In this document: one piece after another, positions 1-13,974 of the stretch
Position numbering within the stretch: position 1 is the stretch's first letter
Layout: every line of letters begins with the position of its first letter
Assembly: GCA_951406725.2 (NCBI GenBank)
Contig: OX597834.1
Location: 3,100,001 to 3,164,000 of the forward strand
Direction of reading: 5' to 3'
DNA: 64,000 bases
Source: Octopus vulgaris
Lineage: Eukaryota
Translations under genes and position numbers: made by a program
The notes under the pieces: generated by a model
Told to the model about the DNA's origin: nothing
Database searches by the model: none
The model's input: the letters and a program-made list of their open reading frames with translations, nothing else

Positions 1-863
1 TATCTGGTTTATTGGCCTTGATGGTTCGGTCTGTATGTACTGGAAAGTCCCACAGAATGGTTACATTTTCTCCTTCAGTTACAGCCTCAGGGTGGTGATT
101 ATACCACTTGTCGGCAGTTTTGATATTGTAATGCCGACTTATTAGCCAGTGTAGATATTGGCCAACTCTGTCATGTCTTAATTTATACTCCACTGGTGCT
201 AAGACTTTACATCCAGAGATTAGGTGGTCCACTGTTTCAATCATGTCGTTGCAGAATCGGCATTTTGGGTCTGCTCCATTTTTCATCACATTGGCCTGGT
301 AGTTCCGGGTTAATAGGCTTTGATCTTGAGCAGCCAGGATGAGACCTTCGCTCTCTGCTTTTAGCCCTGAGCTCCGTATCCACTGATGGGTTTGCTTCTG
401 GTCAACATCAGCTTGTTTGCTGCGGGCTACATATTTGCCGTGCAGAGGTTTCTCCTCCCACCTATCAGCCAATTGCTCGTGCGCTTTTTTCGTTGCCATT
501 ATTTTTACCTTCTTTGCAACAATAGTTGCCGTACTTCCCTCGGGTTGTTCAGTTTGGGTATCCTGCAGGAGATCAATAGCAAATTTTTTGCTTTCCTTTA
601 CAATAGAATGAAGCTTCTTTCGTCTCTCGTGATTTTCCACGAGCTTTAGCATCCAGTCATTCGTTATTTCGAGATATTTGGCCAGTCCAATTGTGGGTGT
701 TTTGTAAGCTAGTTCAAATTGGATCAGGCCTCGACCTCCTTGGGCTCTGGGAAGGTAAAGGCGATCTACGTCTGCCTTTGGGTGGTGCATCCTATTACAA
801 CTCAGCAGCTTGCGTATTTCCCTATCTATATTCTTTACTTCACTCATATTCCAGTACAACACA

Positions 864-866
<3 letters not shown>
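1..866 (-). mobile_element. 5'-truncated R4/Dong-like RLE non-LTR retrotransposon, running off the window start
   Basis: Minus-strand translation gives MHHPKADVDRLYLPRAQGGRGL, CRFCNDMIETVDHLISGC, RHDRVG, ILWDFPVHTDRTIKANKPD; the truncation point abuts (TTA)n at 867-917. Confidence 0.88.
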
Positions 867-918
<52 letters not shown>

Positions 919-1125
919 CAAGGCAGCGAGCTGGCAGAATCGGTAGCACACTGGGCGAAATGCTTAGCAACATTTCGTCCGTCCTTACGTTCTGAGTTTA
1001 AATTCCGCCGATGTCGACTTTGTCTTTCATTCTTTCGGGATCGATAAAATAAGCACCAATTGTGGACTGGGGTCGATCTAATCGACTGGCCCCCACCCCA
1101 CAAAAAAAATTTCGGGCCTTGTGCC
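919..1125 (+). mobile_element. tRNA-derived SINE family A (other copies at about 1340-1517 -, 1545-1750 -, 10380-10560 +, 24803-25020 +, 25050-25245 +, 45370-45755 - x2, 49985-50100 -, 62095-62290 -)
   Basis: Recurrent GGC(G/A)GCGAGCTGGCAGAATCG...GTTCTGAGTTCAAATTCCGCCGAGGTCGACTTTGCCTTTCATCC core with a B-box-like GTTCAAATTCC; often next to (TTA)n. Confidence 0.8.
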
Positions 1126-2766
1126 TAGAGTAGAAAAGAATATTGTTGACACCAGTTTCACACCGTCACAAAATTTCTCTTTAGCTTCCGATATCAAAAG
1201 TGATTCCGTTGCAAGGATTATCACCAGACCCTTAATTCTCACTAAACGTAGGCCGCACGGACACCACCAGCCTCGAAACACTGTCGGCCCTGCATCTCCT
1301 CTTCTAATAAACTTAATTCTTTCTAATTTCGAGGGGATGAAGAAGTCGATTATATCAACCCCACTGTTCAACTCATAATTATTTAATTGACTCACGAAAG
1401 AATTAAAAACAAAGTCAACCTCAGCGAAATTTTGAACTCAGAACGTAAAGAATCGGACGAAAAGCCGCTACGCATTTTGTCCGACACGCTAAAGGTTCTG
1501 CCAGCTCGCCACCTTAGAAACTTCCAAATATTGACATCAAATTTTGGCACAAGGCCAGTGATTTTGGTGAAGCGGGGTGTTAGTCGATTACATCGACCTC
1601 AGCGCTCAACTGGTACTTATTTTATCGACCTCGAAAGAGTGAAAGGCAAAGTCGATCTCGACGGAATTTGAACTCAGAACGTAGAGACGAACAAAATATC
1701 GCTCAGTAGTTTGCCCGGTGCGCTAATGATTCTGCCAGTTCGCCACTTTAAGACTGACTTATCTTAAAATACCAAAACTCAAAGCTCATTTATACGGACG
1801 TGAAACACCTTCTTCTAGTCTTGTTTTCTCTTAATCTAACGACACGAAAAGCTAGCGCTCTTTGTATCAAAATGGCTTCCGAATTCACGGAATTTTACAG
1901 CGAATTCTACAATGGAAGCAGTAAAAAATTTCTCCAGCTTTTTTTGTTTTCCTTTTTCCAATTTATTTCTCGCTATTATCACAACTATCCACATAAAACT
2001 CAAATAAAATTTTAGAATTGAAAAGAAAACGAAATTTTTAATCTATAAGAAAAATTATCTTCATCACCCCGGGTACACATCTTCAAATGTACCACACACA
2101 CACACACACATACACAAGCATAAACACACACACACAAGCATAAACACACACACATACGGAGTTAGTCTTTTACATTGAAGAAAATTTGCATTACTGTACT
2201 TCGATTTTGACTTAACCTAAATAAATCCCTTGCTAAAGAATGCAAACTAAAATTTTTCTATAACGAACATTTTCAAATCACGCAAGTAAACTGTCGTCTG
2301 CTTCTCCCATTTTATTATAACAAGATTTTCTTTTAGCATGGCGGCGATGGTGCAGTCTTTTTTTTACTGTTACTTTGCAATTTTCTATCTTGATTCGTCG
2401 AAATACATCTAATTTAACGGGGCTGGTTTTTGTTTTTTACATGAAAGCTTTTGTCTTTTTATTATAAATTATTAAGAACTAGAATTATATAAATGTGTGT
2501 GTGTATGCATGCCTGTGTGCGCGCGCGGGGGTTTGCGTGTGTGTGTGTGTGTATGTATGTCTGTGTGCGTGCGTATGTGTGTGTATGTGTGTGTAATACT
2601 ATTTTCTCTACAGATAAGCTGCTTAATTTGATGCGGCATACATAGACAGACAGACAGATAAATAAATAGACAGATACATACATACATACATGTATATATT
2701 TATGTACATGTAACATAGAGACGCAAATAGCAAAGAATGTATAGTTAAGTATATGATATATATTGG

Positions 2767-2799
<33 letters not shown>

Positions 2800-2882
2800 T
2801 TGTCTGAGAGAGACAGATAGAGAAACAGAGAGAGAATATATAAACATGTGTGTGTGTGTCTCACACACACACACACACACAC

Positions 2883-4300
2883 GTTTCCGTGGCATCGAGA
2901 ACAAAGCCTGCAGGTTTACCCAGTGCGACATTGTTGATTTCTACCCTTCAATATCGAAACCCTTCCTCCAGAAGCCTTTAAATTTTGGCTAGCAATTATC
3001 CCCAATATCAGTGACCTTGATGTCAGAACCATGATGAACGCTAGAAAGTCCATCTTAGTTAAGGATGATTTCTACAGGGTGAAGAAAGAAGGCAACCCAC
3101 TGTTCGACATATCTATGGGGAACCACGACGGCACCGAGATCGTTAATCTTGTCGGATTATTCATCTTGGATACCTTACGGAAACATATGACCCCTACACA
3201 CAAACAATTCAGCCCTCTATAAGGGCAACCGCTGGACAATCTCAAGCCATATGAACGGCCATGCCATAGATAAATTCAAGAAGGATTTGTCAAAGATCTT
3301 CAAAGACGTTGGCCTATCCATAATAGTCATTAGCAACGTGACAAAGGTCGACTTCCTGAACGTAACCTCAGACCTGATAAATAGTAAGTACAACCCATTT
3401 AGAAAACTCAACGAAGGAATTGTGTATATACACAGAAACTTAAACCACCGCTATAATTAAAACCTAATGCCAGGAATCAGCAAGAGAATCTCGACGCATT
3501 CTGAAGAGATCTTCAATAGGGCCACTCCCATTACGAGACATTAACAAGGTGTGGATTCACTGAGAAATTAACATATATAAAGGACTACACCCTCCGCACT
3601 CAAAAAGAACCAGAGAGAGAAGGGTCATCTGGTCAACCTTCCATTTAACCTAGAAGTTTCTAACAACATAGCTAGGAGTTACCTATCGTTGATCAAGAAG
3701 CATTTTCCGAGAGGCCATGAAAACTAAAAGCTCTTCAAACCCTGCAACGTTAAGGTTGGCTACTCCTGCATAGACAATATCGCTTCCAGGATCGCACGAT
3801 ACAATACATGCAAACACACAATCACACACTTCCCAATCTACATCCCAGCCTGTATCTGTCGAAACCTTACTAATTACCTTATGAGTGGATCCTGCTTCTC
3901 TAGGGCTGTGGTCTACAGAATCACCCTCACTCTATCCGACGGCATCACAAGACATTACACGCACATGACTGCCAGTGACTTCAAGGCAAGATATACTCAG
4001 GATATGCACTCCTTCAGATGCAGAGATAGAGAAAACTCTATCTCCATGTTCCGCTTTATTTGGAGACATCGCGATCATCGGAATGACTTCTTCAACAACG
4101 AATGGAGCATCATTGGCAGTTCCCCACCCTACTCACCCAGATCACGCAATTGACGGACTGTATGTTCTCTCTCCCCCTGCAAGATGTATTCAAACATTCG
4201 AAACAGCTGATGGATGCTGCAGGGTACAACAGCCGAAACATTGTGACCATAACAACGAGGACGATGGTACTACTGGTCTAACTGTAGCAGTATATCTTGA
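2883..4300 (+). mobile_element. Decayed Penelope-like retroelement (RT plus C-terminal GIY-YIG remnants)
   Basis: Fragments CDIVDFYPSI, FDISMGNHDGTEIVNLVGLFIL, KVDFLNVT, YIHRNLNH, SGSCFSRAVVY...FKARY...HSFR in several frames. Confidence 0.82.
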
Positions 4301-4425
4301 ACGTGTGGTGCGCATGCGTGGCATTGATATTCTATATATTGCTGACGGGAGATTCGGTTGTTATAGCGCTACTCTACATCTATCACCGATGAACCTATAG
4401 CAGGGTGAAATCACGTGATCTGGCA

Positions 4426-4473
<48 letters not shown>

Positions 4474-4506
4474 GCGCGGACACACACACACAGACACACA
4501 CACACA

Positions 4507-4558
<52 letters not shown>

Positions 4559-5755
4559 GCCGGCGTTTCTTCGAAAATTTGCCAAAAATTATCAATAATT
4601 GATAATATCAAGGTAAGAAAAAATTTTAGAAATTATTTTATTTGCTGCCGACAAAAAACTGCGCTTGCGCGGTGGATTTGAAAAATTATAATATATTAGC
4701 ACTGGGCATATACTGAGTTGCCTCGTATTTATATATTTAATCTTGGCGTACCTGCTGATGAAAGCTCCGCCTGGCAAATTAATTTATTTGCTAATATACA
4801 GCTAGAAACCATGGTCCAGGAGATAGATGTATGTAGGTTTGCTTATGTTTCCCGTAACTTAGCGGTTTGGCAAGAAAAATCAATTGAATAGGGGTTCATG
4901 TACAAATAAACAAGATAACCCACTTTGATGACGTCCAAATTCGAATGAAAGATTCTTGTGTCGACACTGAAAACCGATTCTTTCTCCATTGTTGAGGAAT
5001 TTCTAAAACTAAAACCACGGCAACAATTATAAATACACACAGAAAGAGTAATTCTATACACGCACCTTTTCTGCTAAAGAAACGTGTGCACCCATTGCAT
5101 GACTACAGGTATGTCCCATTGGCGAAACGTGGATGAAGTGCCGACCACAGAGAGCAACCATTTTATATGCTTGCTATAGTAGTAAAAAAAAAAAAGTAAA
5201 ATTCCTTCATGACTCATAGAGACCCATAAGGGCCGGTTTCCAGTTTTCCATGGTTTATATATTCTCCACCTGGACAGGACGCTAATCCATCACAGGATTT
5301 CTCCTTTTTAGCAGCTGAGCGGACTGGGGCAACGTGAAATGTAGTGTTTTGCTCAAGAATACAACGCACCGCCCGGTTCAGGAATCGAAACCACAATCTT
5401 ACGATCATGTGTCCAACACCCCTAACCACTAAGCCATGAGGCTCTACTTTTGCTGTGGCAAAAGATAATGTCCGAGGAGAAGGCCAGCAGATTTCACGAC
5501 CACACAGCGCGGCCAAAACCCACACTGCTCCTTTGGTGTGCCCACACGGACTTCTGCATTTTACATTTATATACACACAAAATAACTCCATCACAAATTC
5601 CAGGAATCGTTTTGACATAACTAAAGCAGCTTTGTCACTTTGTTAGGAACCAACTTAGATTCTTAGATTCTCCGACGAAGAACTTATATAAATTCCAAAG
5701 AACACACACACACACATACATACACCTACACACATTTTTAAGCATAAAAATACAA

Positions 5756-5830
<75 letters not shown>

Positions 5831-5912
5831 TATGTATATATATATGTATATATATATATTTGTGTTTATATGTACATATGCATAGATATATATGCATATA
5901 TGTATGTGTATA

Positions 5913-5958
<46 letters not shown>

Positions 5959-6262
5959 CATATATACATATGCATATATATATATACATATCTATGCATA
6001 TTTATATGTGTATATATATATATTTCTACGATGTTACATGTGGCTTTTGTGCGCGTGTATACCAAGCTAACAGTGTGTATATGCGTAGTTGTGTGTCCAT
6101 GTATGTGTGTGTGTGTGTGTGTAAGGTGATGTTACATCCCACTCCCCCCCCCCGCTACACCACATGGCCTACAGTCGTGAATTATTCTTAAATTTACTCG
6201 ACAACGGAAACAGACTGGAATTTCTCTCAAATCAAAAGAAGTAGAAAACACTCTGTGTGTGT

Positions 6263-6409
<147 letters not shown>

Positions 6410-6470
6410 TAGGACTGTAAGTATATGTATGTATATATTTGTATATATGCTAATATTTATAGGAACGCAT

Positions 6471-6517
<47 letters not shown>

Positions 6518-6552
6518 TATATACAAATATAAATTCATATTTATATATACAA

Positions 6553-6585
<33 letters not shown>

Positions 6586-6638
6586 AAAGTATGGATTATG
6601 GATTCAAAGAATCATGTGGCTATCACTGTAAGATCCTC

Positions 6639-6729
<91 letters not shown>

Positions 6730-6967
6730 CTTTTACCTGTTTCAGTCATTTGACTGCGGCCATACTGGATCACTGCCTTTAGTCGAGCAAATCGACCCCA
6801 GGACTTATTCTTTGTAAGCCTAGTACTTATTGTATCGGTCTCTTTTGCCGAACCGTTAATTCACGGGACGTAAACACACCAGCATCGGTTGTCAAGCGAT
6901 GTTGGAGGAACACGCACAGACACACTATTTCTTTATACACGCACAGACACACACATACATATATATA

Positions 6968-8967
6968 CCGTATTTGACGGCATATTAGACGCACTGGCAT
7001 ATTAGACGCACTGGCATATTAGACGCACCCTCATTTCAGCAGGTCAAATTCAGGAAAAAAAAGTTTCAAGTGTATTTAAGCATATATTGTTGAAAGCAGT
7101 CTAGCAGCACATTACAAAAGCAGAAAACATTGCTGTATAAAAGCAAGCATACAAAAGGAAATCATACAAATTACAATAGTAATCATCTTTAATTATCTTT
7201 TTAACCAGAAAACTCTTCATCATCTTCTACACCAGAAAAGTCTTCATCATCTTCAAAACAAGGAACATCTTCATCACTACTGCTGAAATCACTGTCTTCA
7301 AATAATGCATCATCTTCTGTACCATCAAGGGCATTGCTAATGCCACACTTCTTAAAAGCCTTCACAATGATTTCAGGCCTAACATCACCCCAAGATTTCT
7401 TCACCCACTCACACACTTCAGCAATGGTGGGCCGCTTCATTCTTCCTGTGGGTGTGAGGGCATGATGTGGCTCTGCCATCCACTTGTTCCAATGTTCACG
7501 CATGTTCTGCTTAAATGACTTATTCACAGACACATCTAAAGGCTGCAATTGGCTCGTCAGTCCACCAGGAATGACAGCTAACTGCGTTTTCAATTATCCC
7601 ACCCTTTTTTTAATGGCTTCAATTCTATGTGCTCTAAACTGATCCCAAACCAGAAGAGAAGGTTTTCTTAATAGTCCACCAGGACGCCTTGACCATATAT
7701 TTTGTAACCACAGTTTCATTCCATTTTCGTCCATCCAGCCTTTTTCGTGAACATGAACTAGTACACCTCTTGGAATTTTATCCTTAGGCTGAGTTTTTCT
7801 CTTAAATATCAAAAGAGGTGGCAGTTTTATGCCATCAGCACAACAGGCCAGAGCTACTGTATAGTGGGTCTTTTCGTGGCCAGTGGTTTTTATCGAAACC
7901 GTTTTAGACCCTTTGACACTCACAGTCTTGTTGGATGGTACCTCAAATGTGAGTGGAACTTCGTCCATATTCCCTATTTGGCCCAGTTCAAAACAAGTTT
8001 TCTTTCTTGCATTTATAACAAATCTATGAAAATCTAATATTTTTTCTTCATAATCAGCAGGCATTTTTGGTGCAATGGATGTTTTTGTACGCATTGTTAA
8101 ACCCTTCCGTTTCATAAACCTGTAACACCAACCTTCTGTTCCTGCAAAGTTCTGTATCCCTCGTTGTTCTGCTACTCTCATGGCCTCATGAATTATCATT
8201 TTGGTAGATACACTTCTCCCTGAGTTTCTCTCATCAAGCACCCACGTTTTTATATCATCCTCAAGTTCTGGCCAATGTAGGGCTGGGCAACGAAGGTTAT
8301 GTTTACCTTTCTGTGCTCTCATCAGCTGCTCTTCTTGCTGTCGCCAGACACGTATCATTATTTCTGTAGGTGGTGGCCCAAAAACCCTTGCTGCTGCTCT
8401 ATTTCCATGCTCCTTGGCATAATCTACCACTCGTAGTTTGTAGGAGATTTTGTAGCTTGATCTTTTTGCTGCCATAGCCGTGAGGGTACTTGTACTGTTG
8501 TAGTGTGTTTTGTTATGATCATAAACTTTGTTGTACCAAGATATCCAACCTACCTCCGTATAAACACGAACTCGCAACGATCATGTGCATTCCGTAGTTT
8601 TACTCCTCACCGTCAGATGGCATCGAGTTAGGGTTCCGATCAGCTGATATTAGTAAACGTGTGTCATGGATCGCAGCCTAACAATTTACGGTAGATTGCT
8701 TTGATTTTTACGATAATTCGTATTTTAAAGTAATAATACTGGTAATAATAATAATAATAATAATAATAGCAATAAAATAATGATGCATGAGTACGGAAAA
8801 TATCATTAAGGCGTTAGCGTAGGTAGAAATACTTATCGTAAGCTAGATTAGTGAGCGTCTGGGAGAAGATTAGCCTACGGGAGGGTCTTGACTTCGCATA
8901 TTAGACGCAGGGCGATTTTTGAGCCAAATTTTTGGGAAAAAAGTGCGTCCTATATGCCGTCAAATAC

Positions 8968-8969
<2 letters not shown>
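6968..8969 (-). mobile_element. pogo/Tigger-superfamily DNA transposon (POGK-like), 2002 bp
   Basis: TIRs CCGTATTTGACGGCATAT(T)AGACGCA and TGCGTCCTATATGCCGTCAAATACGG; TA on both flanks; subterminal repeats GGCATATTAGACGCAC x3. Confidence 0.95.
7201..8475 (-). pseudogene. pogo transposase (Brinker-type DBD, CENP-B HTH, DDE_1) with one in-frame stop at 7594-7596
   Basis: ORFs 7594-8577 and 7201-7593 are contiguous in one frame; catalytic Asp motifs NMDE, LVWD, QPLDV; acidic C-terminal tail. Confidence 0.9.
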
Positions 8970-9025
<56 letters not shown>

Positions 9026-9133
9026 CCTGCTCGCTTAGCCAGCGGGGTGGCGTCATTCGAAGGTTAAAACAATGCAAACGCATTGTGACCAGCGATGTGT
9101 AGCAACATCTGATTGTCTGGTCGGTCACGTGAT

Positions 9134-9168
<35 letters not shown>

Positions 9169-9331
9169 CGACAGGCTTCTTTCAGTTTCCGTCTACCAAA
9201 TCCACTCACAAGGCTTTGGTTTACCCGAGGCTATAGCAGAAGACACATGCCCAAGGTGCCACGCAGCGAGACTGAACCCGGAACCATGTGGTTGGCAAGC
9301 AAGCTACTTACCACACAGCCACTCCTGCGCC

Positions 9332-9660
9332 TTTGTTCTTGGGGTGGAGAGGGAAGTGCTGTCCTCGAGTGAGTTTATTGATAGGTGGGTGAATGTTGCG
9401 AAAATGGCAGGAGGGGATGGTACCTCTCTAAGTGTAGACCTGTGAGTTAGAGAGAAGGAATTGGAGAGGGCACTCGCTCCTGGGGTTTCAGAAAAATCTC
9501 GGATAGTGTGGTTTCTCAATCATGCCTAGAAGCCTTCCTGTATCAGGAGGGCCACATCTTTATCATCCTCCCCGCCGTTTTTTTTTCTTACTTTAAACCT
9601 TTATATGCTATGTATTTATCCCTTCTTTTTCAGTGAGGAATATGGGGAAAATAGAGTTTT
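9332..9660 (+). mobile_element. 3' fragment of a related Tx1/L1-like LINE
   Basis: VEREVLSSSEFIDRWVNVAKMA resembles VERQVLSSERFKKRWVNVATMA in the 20.6 kb copy. Confidence 0.6.
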
Positions 9661-9731
9661 ATGGGATAGACAGGTGGCGCTGTTTGAATAATGCTGGTTT
9701 TTCGTGTTGCAGCAGGTTATCTTTAATCTAA

Positions 9732-10126
9732 TCTATAAAATGAAGAAGGCGAACGTTGATACAAATTGGATTTTTATGTAAAAAGGGGTCTAAATGGGGC
9801 TGGAAGGGAATTAAAATTTACAGGAGGGAGTAACTTGAAATGAGAAATTGACTGGGAGACGTTTTAGGGCGCTACAGTGGTTGCTTTGCTGTGAAAACGG
9901 GGGTTTTATTGATTTTGGGGGGTACTTAGAGGTCTAGATTTGACACCTTTTGCTCGATTTCAATCACATTTTCAACATGGTAAAGCGGAAGCGGATTTGT
10001 AATTTAAGCGCGGCTAATGGGTTCGAAATTTCGAAAATTAAGGCAAGATTTAAGAAACAAAAAGGAAGCAACAGAAAGTAACAACCACACCCTCACCCGC
10101 GCGTAGAGCGGGTCACTTTAAGCTAG
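9732..10126 (+). mobile_element. Non-autonomous Helitron-like element
   Basis: 5' a|TCTATAAAA; 3' hairpin ACCCGC-gcgtaga-GCGGGT (10095-10113) followed by CTAG|t. Confidence 0.7.
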
Positions 10127-10590
10127 TCTGTTTAATAAGTTTCTTTGTTTTTCCCAATCACTTCTCTCTTTTTATCTTGCTGATAAAAGCGTCATATAAA
10201 TGCATATTACTTATAGATATTTGTGTGCAACACAGATAATAGTGTGACCGACGGAAACACGAAACATATACATTTGTTTTAATGTATATACCTTCATTTA
10301 TCGATTTTTGCATATCTTTCGTTCACATTGCTTTATGTGCAGTAATATGTTATACCGCTGGCTTTATCTTTGTACAGCATCGTGGAAAATACAAAGTGTT
10401 TGGGTAGTATTTATTGAGTTATGGCCCTTTAAGTTCTGAGTTCAAATCATAGCAGGGTGAACGTTGCCTTTTATCCTTCAAAGGTCGATAAACTAGAGAC
10501 CAGTCTAGCAATGGGGTTGATTAAATCGACTAACTCTCCTCTTATGCTTAAATTATTCCTATTAAGGGGTGATGGGCTGACAGAATCGTG

Positions 10591-10637
<47 letters not shown>

Positions 10638-10686
10638 TACACACACACAAACATGCATGCATACACACATATATACATATACATAT

Positions 10687-10754
<68 letters not shown>

Positions 10755-11044
10755 CCTTCGAAACACGCATTGAGTCGAAACAGGGGCAGCTGATGAAGGG
10801 GAATATTCCTTGTATTGTTTGTCTTGTACCCTGTTTTTTCCTTGTTAAAAAAGTCCATTTCCTTGTTTTGTTTTAAGTTTTCATTTCCCGTTGTGTTCTA
10901 CGTTTGTTTGTGGTGTCCTGTATGCATGTATATATATGCATGTATATATACATATAGATGTAGGTATGTACATATATGTATGTATGTAAGCATATGTTTT
11001 ATTTATTAAATTGTTATATATATATATTTATATATTTATATATA

Positions 11045-11094
<50 letters not shown>

Positions 11095-12262
11095 TTATGT
11101 ATATATATGCATGTATATGTGTGTGTGTATGTGTGCATATACATATACACGCATACATACATACATACATACATACATACATACATACATACATACATGT
11201 TCACGTATATCCTCGTCATTGTTCAATATCCGGCAGAACCATTAATTGCAGGGTGAGTATGATGATCGCGCTGTGTGTGTGGGTGCAGTGTCATCACTGG
11301 ATCGAATCCTACTGACGGATTTGCTTCGCTTTTTCCCTCTCGATTTTACTCTTCAATAAGCTTTGTTATTATTTGTCTTTTCCTTGTTTTCATTGAACTG
11401 CGGCCATGCTGGGGCACTGCGCTGAAGGGTGTAGTCGAGCAAATCGATCCCATTACTTGCCTTTAAGTCTGGTACTTGTCCTACCGGGCTCTTTGGCCGA
11501 ACCGCTAAGTTACGGGGACGTAAACAAACTGACACCGGTTGCCAAGCGGTGGGAATGGGACAGACACAAACACAAAGACCCACCCAGGTAAGAATATTTA
11601 TACATGCCAATGGTGTATGTATGTGTGTGTATGTATGTATATATGTGCGTGTGCATGTATGCATGTGTGTGTATGTATGTATATATGTGTCTATGTATGT
11701 ATGTGTGCATGTATGTATGTACTTAGGTATGTATGTATGTATGTATGTGTATGTACGTATGTCTGTATGTATATATGTGTGTATATGTGTGTATGCATGT
11801 ATGTCTGTGTGTATGTTTCTATGTATGTATGCATCTATGTATGTATGTGTGTATAAATGTATGCATGTATGTATGCATGTGTGTATGTATTTGTGTATGT
11901 ATGTGTGTTTGTATGTGTGTATGTATGTGTGTATGTGTGTGTGAGTATGTATGTATGTATGTATTTATATGTGCGTGTGTGTGTGCGCGTGGCTATGCGT
12001 GTATGTATGTGTGTGTGTATGTGAGGGGCTTCTTTCAATTTCCGTGTAGCAAACCTACTCAACAGGTTTTGTTCAGCCTGAAGACAGAGTGGACGACAAC
12101 TTGCCCAGGAGACCGCGCGGTGGGACTGAACCCAAGACCTCGTGGTTGAGAAACAAACTTCTTAACCACACAGCCACGCTTGCGCCTATTAATGTTAAAA
12201 TTATGCAAATAAGACTGATCGGAAATTTTAAATTGACTTGGAACAAGAAAGGAGGGTGGGGG

Positions 12263-12892
<630 letters not shown>

Positions 12893-13173
12893 ATACATAT
12901 GCATGTATGTATATATATATATATATACACACACATATATATGTGTGTGTATATATATATATACAAATATATATACACACATATATATATATATATAGAG
13001 AGAGAGAGAGGAGAAAAGGGACAGAGAGAGAGAAGAGAGAATGTTGGGTAAATAGAAAGACGGAGAGGGAAAAATAAAGAGAGCCAGGCAGAGAGAGAAG
13101 GGTGGGATATCTGGTGACAAGGGGGTGTCAGCCAGATAGACCGATAGTTAGACAGGCAACAAGGCAGACAGAC

Positions 13174-13262
<89 letters not shown>

Positions 13263-13815
13263 CAGTCTCATATCTCTTGCAGGGATCATTGAAAATGAAT
13301 GTGAAGAGACTAATATTAGCTTCATTTTCCAGCGTGTAGGGGAGACAACTCTATGCATGTTCCTGTGTTATTGTGACCTCATCAGAAACGTATAGCCTTC
13401 ATAGTTCTCTGTGAATCGTTTGTTTTTCTCAACACTTACCCAACAACAGAACTGAGACATAAAATAAACTGTTCAAAGAAATCAATCATAATATAGTGCA
13501 TAAACGTATGATAATATAATTATAATATAAGGCAATAATAATACAAGAATAATGCAATAATAAATATATAATTGAAATATATCATAGTTTCCTCGAATTG
13601 AATGATGTATTGTTGTGAATATTAAAGGTTAAAATTCTGCATATATTGATCTATACACAGATATATACATGATATGCATATACATAAATACATATGTATA
13701 TATTTATACATACATATTTTTGTGTGTATGTATGCACATGTTCTGATACCTATATACGTATATATACTTGTATATACATATATTAAATATATATGTACGC
13801 ATACGTGAGTATATA

Positions 13816-13883
<68 letters not shown>

Positions 13884-13913
13884 GATATGTATGTATACTT
13901 TTCTCCATATAAT

Positions 13914-13974
<61 letters not shown>

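Noticed and set aside
919-1020. tRNA-like A/B boxes at SINE heads
   Set aside because: No complete cloverleaf; they are SINE promoters, not tRNA genes
7594-7596. Possible programmed readthrough in the pogo transposase
   Set aside because: A single TAA is most simply a nonsense mutation, and no readthrough context is evident
10745-10815. CGAAAC...CTGATGAAGGGGAATATTCCT hammerhead-like words
   Set aside because: No GAAA follows the stem after CTGATGA, and I could not build a complete three-helix fold
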